Shown piece by piece: positions 55,401-64,000 of a stretch of DNA of 64,000 bases (positions are counted from its first letter, which is position 1; each line of letters starts with the position of its first letter). The stretch lies in the NCBI GenBank assembly GCA_965202585.1, contig OZ241826.1, positions 36,766,001 to 36,830,000 on the forward strand. Reading direction: 5' to 3'. Source of the DNA: Thalia democratica (lineage: Eukaryota). The notes below the pieces were generated by a model, which did not search any database, was not told the origin of the DNA, and saw only the letters and a list, made by a program, of their open reading frames with translations. Position numbers and translations under genes: made by a program.

Positions 55401-58400
55401 GGCCACATCAGCTATTTTGGTAAGAATTAAACAAGTAAATCTATATTGTAGATACAACTTTTATCAAAACTTTAAAATATTATATATGTATTTTTTTTTA
55501 GTTAAAGTTTTTTACAAACAAATTAAAATAATTCTTTTAAGGAGCTGCAATAAGGTACGTTAGTATATCTGACAAAACTCTAAAATCATCGTTTCTAGAA
55601 TTAAAATGTATAGAAAAAGGTACAGGACAACTAATGGCCACGGCAGTGGAAAATATTCTACTGAATTTTGATTTAAAATTTCGAAATTTAGTTGGTATAT
55701 GTAAGTTCATTGTTTTTATTCTTAATATGATTTTCTTTACTTATTAGTTGAAAAAAATGAGTTAAATTTAATTTTTTTATTTGCATATATTTTTTTATTG
55801 ATTTCAAAATGCTAGATCAAGAACTTGAGTTTTTGTAAAATAACAAACTTGTGTAATTTGTCTTTTGTATAGCCAAATTTATTTGAAATCGAAATATTGT
55901 ATTAAAGTTTGTAATAACACTAGTTATTGCAAGATCATATAAGTTATAAATAGTCTTCAAAAATATACAAAAAATTTCATTATCAACAAAATTAGCACAA
56001 ACTATAAAAAAAAGGTTCAGACAGAGCTGCTTCCATGGTTGGAAGAAAAAATGGAATGCAGACAGTTTTAAAAGAAAAGTATAAGCATTTAATCTCAATC
56101 AACTGCTGTAATCACGGGATTGAAAATGCGTGTGAAAAGTCGGCGCTGAACTTTTTACCTTTAGAAGTAAAATTATTACCTCTAAAGTACCATTATTATT
56201 TAGTATTAGCTTGTGCAAGTATAAATATAAATTATATCACTTTTGCATACCTTAATAGCTTAAACAAGTTATATATTTTTCCTCTTGTCTTTAACATTTT
56301 ACTTGTTTAAATTTTTTATTAGTTTATTTAATTTAAAGTCATATTAAACTAGAACATCAATAATCATATATTAGTATGATATATTTAGTTTATAATTTTA
56401 TTGCTATTTATTGTACAGTTAATAAATATTAACAGTTATAAAGATTAAAACTATACCATAATTAAATAGTCTTATGATAATCAAATGTATCACCACTTAA
56501 GTAGATATATATTTAAAATATGTAACAGATTCATGACCTTATATCCAGCACCTATAATTGGTTTGCAAATTCTCCCAATAGACGAATTATGTACGAAGAT
56601 ATGTACAAACAAATTTATGGTGGTGTGCCAAAACGGCTTATTTCACCAGGCTCTACTCGCTGGCTGAGTATAGTAGATGCTAGCGAGAGAGTTATAAAAT
56701 ATTGGGATGGCCTAAAATTATTTTTTGATCAGGTGTTTACCGTTTAAAGCATTGTAGAACTATTTAGTCTTGTATGTATTTGAATTTGTAAAGTTCTATA
56801 ACTTTTTTCTAAATATAAATTATATTCTATGATGAAACAGTTTTGTGCACGGGAGAAGTGTTCTACTGCAAAACGGATAGTAGGTCTGCTAAACAACCCA
56901 GAAATATATGTATATATTTCTTTCTTACTGGTGGTGTTACGAAAAGTAGGTGTATGTTCACATAATTAAATGCTGATGAACATGATTTAAGTAGTTTTTT
57001 ATAGGTTAACAAGTGCAACAAACTCTTACAGAAAGATAATATTGAACCTGCAGTACTATATGAACAAATAGAAACATGTATAAGAGAGCTGAAATTTATT
57101 TATATAGATCCCGAAACTGGTAATGTAAACGTTTTGTTTTACATTTTAAAGATTTTGTTTTTTTCTTAATATTAGAAAAAAAAAATTGTTTACCGCCTAA
57201 CTTAAAAATTTATCGCCTAACTTATTTATTAAGGTTTTGAGAGAAGTCAAATAGATTTAAGACAGCCCGCAGAGAGAGAATTGGCTAAGATAGATATAGA
57301 TCATCAAAATACAGTAATTAATTTTGTTTTTTTAATAATAAATTTAATGAGAAATAAATTTTCTGTTGACTTGCAGCAAGTTCTACCATTATCTAACGTT
57401 TGTAATAGATTACTTAATTATTCAATTGTATCTAAGAATTATTTTTTAAACAAATTTAAGAAGTGTTCTTTAGTGTGTAAAGTTTTAGTTTCTTAATGTA
57501 AATTTTTTACACTAGTACCTAAAATAGTATACTAAATATAGATTAGGTCTTCATGCAAAACCTACCTGAAGAATCTTTTAAAAGAGCTAGAAGCACGCAT
57601 ACCAAACTGCTTAAACTTGCTAAAAGGTGTTTCTATTTTTAACAGAGTAAGCATTCTTTTTAACTTCAATGAACATGTCATTTTATATTAAAAATTACAA
57701 AAAATAGGCATTTAACTTTCCGCATCCATCAATCAGCATATTGCTTGAAAGTAATACAATAAAAAATGTGCTTACCCAAGCTGAAAAAGATCTTATCTTG
57801 AATGAGTGGTCATTTTTACCCTCAGAGTGTCGACCACCATTAGGTAGCTTTGCTTATTTATAAACAACTTTTATAAGCCATTTCTGTTATATGCATTATA
57901 ACTTATTTTTAATGTTGAAATAATTACAGATATAACAGGTGTTAAATTTTGGATGAATCACAAGGAAAACGAAAACAGCTCATATCCAACGCTAGCGAGG
58001 TTTGCACTTAGAATGCTTACTCTACCACATTCCAACGCTGCCATAGAACGAATTTTCTCAACAATGGGAGTTGCTAAAGGACGTCTCAAAAACAGGATGG
58101 GTATTGATCTGCTCAACTCGATCTTAATGATTAGGTGAAATTTTTAACATATTATATATCTTGAACAATGATGCTTACATAAGTTTTAGGGAGAGTTTTT
58201 GATGTTTTTCCATAAACTATTTTACACAGAAGTTTAGTTCAGAATACAAACACGTGTTGTCATAGTTTTGAAATAAAAGAAAATTATATTGAAGATATAG
58301 GAAGTTCCTCAATTTACGATTTCACTGAAGAAGTTTTAAGAATTGCAGCTGATATTTCAGACTATGAAGATGTTTATTTAGAACAGGTAATTTACTAACT

Positions 58401-58555
58401 TTTACAAGGTATACATACATTTATAATTTTTTTTGTTTACATAACAAAATTTATCACAGTTTTATTCTTAGTACAAACTTATTATAGGATTTTATGTTTT
58501 AATTTTTTTATAGATGACTGTCAAGTCATTATTTCAAAGGTTTATCAAACGATGA
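52498..58555 (+). CDS. Intact 14-exon gene encoding a predicted 669-aa BED-finger hAT (Blackjack-like / ZNF862-like) transposase or transposase-derived protein
   Basis: Hand-spliced exons, all introns GT-AG and phases consistent: 52498-52582, 52650-52771, 55077-55419, 55542-55700, 56015-56166, 56529-56732, 56841-56945, 57005-57119, 57234-57313, 57542-57646, 57708-57843, 57930-58134, 58230-58386, 58514-58555. The total is 2010 nt with no internal stop. Motifs: BED-like KYTSKW...DWI...CRYC...HANTSQH; SLGRTKCTAIVKNVLGP; FSIFVDEATD (Asp1); LVGICSDRAASMVG (Asp2); CCNH (CxxH); YNWFANSPNRR; TRWLS; FW...YPTLARFALRMLTLPHSNAAIERIFS (Glu, dimerisation domain). The start codon, the exon 3 acceptor (55077, or in-frame 55107) and the last exon are less certain. 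AATAAA at ~58595. Confidence 0.9.
52830..53495. mobile_element. Kolobok-like foldback MITE inserted in intron 2 of the hAT gene
   Basis: TTAA(52826-52829)-GGGCATAGAG...CCCCTATGCCT-TTGA. Long inverted arms homologous to 35968-36629 (GAGATATAGCAGGTCAAATTGG / CCAACTTTGACCTGATATATCTC). Confidence 0.85.
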
Positions 58556-58899
58556 ATTTGTGTAGATTATTATGTAATATATTTTCACTAAAATAATAAA
58601 AGTTCTTAATTAATTGTGCTTTGTTAAGTTTTGTAAAAGAATATAATTAACTTTTTAACTTTTAAATTTTTCTACACTTTAAGTTTTTACATACTGAGGA
58701 ATGTAAGAGTTTAAAAAAATAATAGTTTGAAAAAAACTCTTACAAATTTTTAAATTTATATTAACAACAGCACGTGATAAATAGTTTTTAGCTTTGAAAT
58801 AAAATAACTGATGGTATTTTTAGCACTAAAGAAAGAAGCTGCCTAAACTTTCTCAGAAGGATATCAAAAATGACTTCAATAATTTGAAATTTAAGTTTT

Positions 58900-59330
58900 G
58901 CTTTTTTTATGACTTGTGTCTTGTCGTTTCAACTTGTTTCGATTCGTTTAAAAAAAAAAAAACAAATTTTTGTTTGTTAGAGTAAATGCATGCAAATTAG
59001 AATGTAACAAATAATAGTTTTGTGATAGATTAGCTATCATCCAATATATAGAGCATGAACAAAATAACATACAGTTTTTACGCCTAAATATTTTTATAAT
59101 GCAGTTTATAGAAAACATATTTTCTATATTTTATGACTGTGTTTGTGTTTCAACTTGTTTCGATTCATTATAATTTTTTTTTTGTTTGTTACAGTAAATG
59201 CATGCAAATTAGGATGTAACAAATAATAGTTTATATCTTCTAGATTAGCTGCAATTCAGTATATAAAGCATGAGCATAAAAACATAAACAATTTTTACGC
59301 ATTAAAGTTTTTAGAATGTTGTATGTTAAA
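58900..59330. repeat. Diverged tandem duplication, unit about 224 bp
   Basis: TTTATGACT...GTTTCAACTTGTTTCGATTC...GTAAATGCATGCAAATTAG(A/G)ATGTAACAAATAATAGTTT occurs at ~58907 and ~59131. Confidence 0.85.
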
Positions 59331-59600
59331 CGCAAATTTAAATCTGTAAGTAAATTGTATTTAAAGATTTGTTAATTATAGTTTATGTGCATTAATATAT
59401 TTTGTTTTTAGATTCAAGCATTAAGTTCACATTTGTTTAAGTGCATTCTTTAGTGGCATACAGTTATGGGTAAGTGTTTTTATTTTTGTTTATCTTTTAT
59501 ATAAATCTCATTAACGTCCCTATATGTTGAATTTTTAAATTTAAGTTGTGTGAAGCTAGATAATTACATAGATCTAAAAATACAGTTTTATCACATGTTA

Positions 59601-59982
59601 CAGGGTTGCCACTTTACCTGGAAACCTGGAATTTGACAATTTAGGCTAAAATAACCTAGAAAAACCTGGAATTTGAGAAATTTTGAAAAAAAACCTGGAA
59701 TTTTGATCAAAAAACCTGGAATTTTTAATATTTTTAACATTTTCAGTTGTAAAATTTTGATTTGAGACAAAAAATCTATCATATAATTAAGATTTTTTGT
59801 CATCATTAAAAAAAATTTTTATTTAATAACACATTTAAAGTAACTTTACAGTATTTTTACGATATTTTTTTACTATTTAACACAGTATTTTAAATAGAAA
59901 TTAACTTAAAACTAAAAATAGACCCAAAAGTGTGTACTTTTAAAAACCTGGAAAAAAATTGAAAAAACGAGTGGCAACCCTG
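59601..59982 (+). mobile_element. CAGGGTTGCCAC-ended MITE with AACCTGGAA subterminal repeats
   Basis: Perfect 12-bp TIR CAGGGTTGCCAC / GTGGCAACCCTG. The TSD is not clean (CATGTTA before, CATATAA after). Confidence 0.85.
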
Positions 59983-62900
59983 CATATAAGTTATACTTTC
60001 TAAGATGATGTTGGTTGTTGTAATAAGAACTTACACTTACATAATTTTGTTTTATTCACAGGCCACTAGTAAGATATTTATATAACAATACTTTTTTAAA
60101 TTTTTTTACTGAGAAATTATTTTTCCAAAGTGTATTAAAATCCACAGTTTTCATTTATTAAAATCGTTTCATATTGAAGAATTATGTACCTCAAGTACAT
60201 TTTTTGCATATGAAATCAATTTAAATCTAATTCAATTAACTTCGAAAATTTCATAAACATGATTAACAGTATTATCAATGAATACACAATTTTTTCTAGT
60301 AAAATTTTAAGTTTGATAAAATGTATTTTGTATTTGTATCAAAGTTGTTTTTTTTTTATTTTTTGTTTAACTTTTTAATTGAAGTATTTGTACAAAATTA
60401 TCAATTTTTAATGTTTTATACTTGAATAAATGTTATAGCTTTCTACTGTTAATGATATTTTTTGTTTAGTATTAAATGTGTTTGTTCTAGTTCAACTTAA
60501 TCTATTTTAAAAACCTTTTTGAATTGACAGGAATTCATATCACTTAAAGCGCTGATTTCAGTTAAGCCATTAGCCAACCGCAAAAAGTTGGTTAAGATTT
60601 CGAGAGAATGTTCCAATTTGATAGTGCCTGTCAAAGTTGCAAAACAAATAGGATTTTATTGTCCCAAGAGGACTCATCTCTTCTAGTTAGTCTTTTTTTT
60701 AATATTTCAGTTATTCTAAGTAATTCAGCAATGTTTGTAAGTTATCTATTTAATTATTTTTAGACCATCTTTCCTAAATAAAAAATACTTTGGATTTTAA
60801 GTTAGTTAAAAAAAAGTTTTTTACCTTTCAAAACTTTTATTTTATTTGACAACTTAAATAAAAGTACGATTCCAATTTTTCCACTTAATAATATTTATTT
60901 TCTTTTTCTAACTCTTCGTTTTAAAATGTTTAATAATATTATATTTAACCTCAATGGATTTTCAAATATTATAAAAATTATTTTTGAGTGATAAACAAGT
61001 TTTTGAAATTCAACTTTTTCTGTAAAAGTTTCAAATACAAACATATGTAAAACAAAGCTTTTGTAGTAATATTTCAAAAGTTTTAACTAATTTACACAAC
61101 TTTTCTTATGTTCTTAAGCAAAGAACCTTGAATTAAAAAAAAATTGGCAGTTAAAAAAAAATAATATATATCAATTAAATTTAGATATATTTTTACTAAA
61201 AAGCAAAAGAAAAGCAACAAATTTTAAAATTTTTATATAAAGATTTTTATTTTTATTAGAATGCTAATCCAAGTTTAAGTAAACATTAGAGATTGAAAAT
61301 ACTCAAAATGCTTTATTTTCTGTTATAATTTGCTCTTTTTTTGTGGCATGTAATACAACTTTCTGATCAAAAGCACTGTAACTTTTATTTTTAGTTAACT
61401 TTAATTTTACTTCATGAACACTGTGTCGGTTGAATTGAAGTTTAATAGATGCTAAAGAATTTTGAAAAAATTTATAGCTTGATCTTACTTTGTAGATTTT
61501 TAACTAAATTATATGTTGTTTAATTAAATTATTTAACAAATTTTGAAATATAGCTGTTTAAAGTTGAGAGTACATTTAATTTAAAAAATATTTAACAAAT
61601 GTTAAATTTACAATAATAGACAATAAAATGATTTAGATAATTATTTGAACTAGAAGAAAAAAATTTAAATTGGTTTTATATGTGTTTTGTAACTATAAAT
61701 ATATGAATCTTTGTTATATACCAAGTATTTCATTTCCTAATTGTTTGCAATTTTAATTATAATACATTAAAAATAATATACTTCACTCCTAGGGTAACTT
61801 GAAGTAATTTGTTCTAAATGTTTTTTCAGGTAAACTTTAAAAAAATATTTTTTTTAAAGTTTTTTACCTCTTAATTTTTAATTAGTTCATTTATTACTAA
61901 CAGTTTTATGTAACAAATTTTGCACTAATTAATTTTAGTTGTGTTCAAAAGGTTCACAAAATGTTGTTCTTGTGTTTTTTGAAGATATAGAACTAATAGT
62001 TTCAAAACAACTTAGGTAGTTATATAAACTACTTCTTTTTCAATTAAAGTGTGTTCAAAAAAATCTTTTTTTTTTGTATTATTAAATCTTTTAAATTTAT
62101 TTAATTTTGAACAAAAAAATAAATATTTCTAGTTATTATTTATAGTCATGTTTATTAAAAGATCAAACATTTTAAAAATTATATACTGTAGCAGTTAACT
62201 TTTAAAACTGATGTATGTTAAAAGATTAATAGTTTCAATAAAAAATTCCTCCTTGTATGGTTTTTTTTACATTTTGGTGTTATTTTTTAGATAGAAAAAT
62301 TAATTAAGTGGCTTAAAAATAAAAAACAGTTACTGTTTAAAGCAATTTGTTTTAATTGCTTTGGAGTTTCTTTGTGTTTTAAGCCAACTTTACAATCTAC
62401 AATGTTGTTACTGATGTTTTTTCTACTTATTTTTTATTAGTTAAGAGTTTATTTAGTTTTAGTCTATTTAAACTATTTTTTACATTAAATGTAAAATTTT
62501 ACTAACTTAGTATACAAACTTGTTAAAAAACTTTAGAAATAGTAAACAGTTTATTATTCAGTGTTTCAGCTTATGAATTGTTGGTTTTGTTAAAACTTAT
62601 TTGTCTTGTTGATTTCTGATTTACTAGTTTTTAGAAATGCTTAAACAAATCAGTTGTATAAACCAAGCTTAAATAACATTTTAAAATATTTTTAGATTCA
62701 TATTATATTTTTATTAAACCTCTATTTTCGTTCAGATGTTTAAAAATAATTGAATGTTTAAAACTAAGTTAAATTTTTACCTCGTACGTTGAAAGTTTTG
62801 TTTTTAATAGAACATTTTGATATTTAGTAGTTTTGATCTTAAAATGCACTTTAAGCTGTATTTTTCTATCAATTTTCTTCATACTAAATTTAAAGTTATT

Positions 62901-64000
62901 CATAATTTTTTTATCATAAAAGCTTTTATAGAACTGAAATTTTGAAACTTCAAATGTAAGCTCGACTTTTTATGTGAAAACTACCTTTTAGAAAAAAATA
63001 GTGAAAAACTTTTTTTAAATCCATTTGATTAGTCTTTTTAATTTCACAGTAGATTATTTGATATTTTTTGACCTTTTTCTTATTAATTTTCAAATTAATA
63101 CCTAAAATAATGACAAAATTAAGTTATGAAGCTTAAATAGTATTACCTATTATTTTTATGGTTTAGTTTTAAGGAGTACCAATAGAAGCAATTTAATTCT
63201 AATAGCTTTAATCCATTTGTTTTTCATTATTATGATGAACAAAAAAGATTAAAAGACCAGCTTAAAATTTAAAATAAATTCTTCTAGGTGTTTTATATTG
63301 TAAAATATGTTTTGCTGTTTATAAGATGTGTTTTTTAGTTATGTAAATAGTTTTGCAGGATTTTAGACAGTGAACTATTACCATTTATGCAATTAATATT
63401 TCTGCAATTACTTTGATTTGTTTTTTTTATTTGTATTTTTTATATTTTGACTATGATAAAGCTTTAGTTTTTAATATACTCTTTTTACCTAATTTATCCC
63501 AAATATTTTCAACAAGTTACTTAATATATTTTAAGTATTGGAAAAAATACTTAAATTAGCTACAAAAATTTAACTTTAGGCTAAGGAATTGTTTACATTT
63601 AAAAGTTTTCTGTATCCTAAAGGTAAATGTACTGAATTTGTATACGTCCAATTATTAGAAAAGATATCTTTTTTTTTAAAGTTTATCCATAAATTATATT
63701 CACTGTAGGAATATGTACAAACTAATTGAACTATAGAGTTTTTTGTTTATATAATTTATTATAAAACTGATAAATAACTTTTTCATTAAATACACTTACT
63801 AAACTTCACTTTGTATTCAAAATAAAAGTCTAAAACTATATAAATATTACAGTTCAATACTAACTTGATGTATTTTATAAATTACTCTATTAATAAAAAA
63901 AAAGTTTTTATCCAATATTATAATTAAAATTCAAACCAACTTTTATTACAAAAGGTTACATACTTTGAAGTTACTGTAAATTATAAAAAAAATCATAGTC

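Noticed and set aside
58190-58202. Alternative acceptor at 58188-58189 as the true exon 13 start
   Set aside because: It gives RESF* at once. The acceptor at 58228-58229 gives a 52-codon open exon ending at a good GTAATT donor, so that one was preferred. Minor use of the first site is not excluded.
49634-59982. A single ~10-kb hAT element from 49634 to the GTGGCAACCCTG end at 59982
   Set aside because: The 59982 end already pairs perfectly with its own TIR at 59601, and the flanks (AAGCTACA vs CATATAAG) do not form a TSD.
1559-61077. Most short entries in the supplied ORF track as real genes
   Set aside because: They are 60-96 aa, rich in K/F/L/I/N from A/T homopolymers, and lie in MITEs or antisense to real coding relics (for example 14016-14285, 49308-49655, 55148-55408, 55817-56098, 59591-59806). 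Only 1358-1567, 20810-20995, 55086-55430, 56035-56310, 57281-57496 and 57953-58138 overlap recognisable coding frames, several only in part.
60000-64000. Any feature in the last 4 kb
   Set aside because: Uniform low-complexity AT-rich sequence with no motif, TIR pair or exon chain that I could support.

Overview
Very AT-rich, homopolymer-rich eukaryotic DNA. The composition and transposon families fit an animal such as a Hydra-like cnidarian, but that is an inference. Most of the window is decayed transposon sequence: Penelope-like retroelement relics, at least four fossil hAT transposases, and several families of short non-autonomous inverted-repeat elements (MITEs) with TTAA, 6-bp, 8-bp or about 9-bp target-site duplications (TSDs). 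There are also local tandem duplications and (TA)n tracts. The one coding sequence I can reconstruct as intact is a 14-exon, 13-intron plus-strand gene at 52498-58555. Spliced by hand at GT-AG junctions it gives an uninterrupted 669-aa protein with a BED-type zinc finger and a hAT transposase with all three catalytic acidic residues. I found no matching terminal inverted repeat (TIR) pair around it, so it is either a domesticated transposase or an unusually intron-rich active element. Nearly all entries in the supplied ORF track look like chance low-complexity frames or antisense overlaps. No rRNA, tRNA or CRISPR array was recognised. All alignments and family assignments were made by eye and from recalled motifs.
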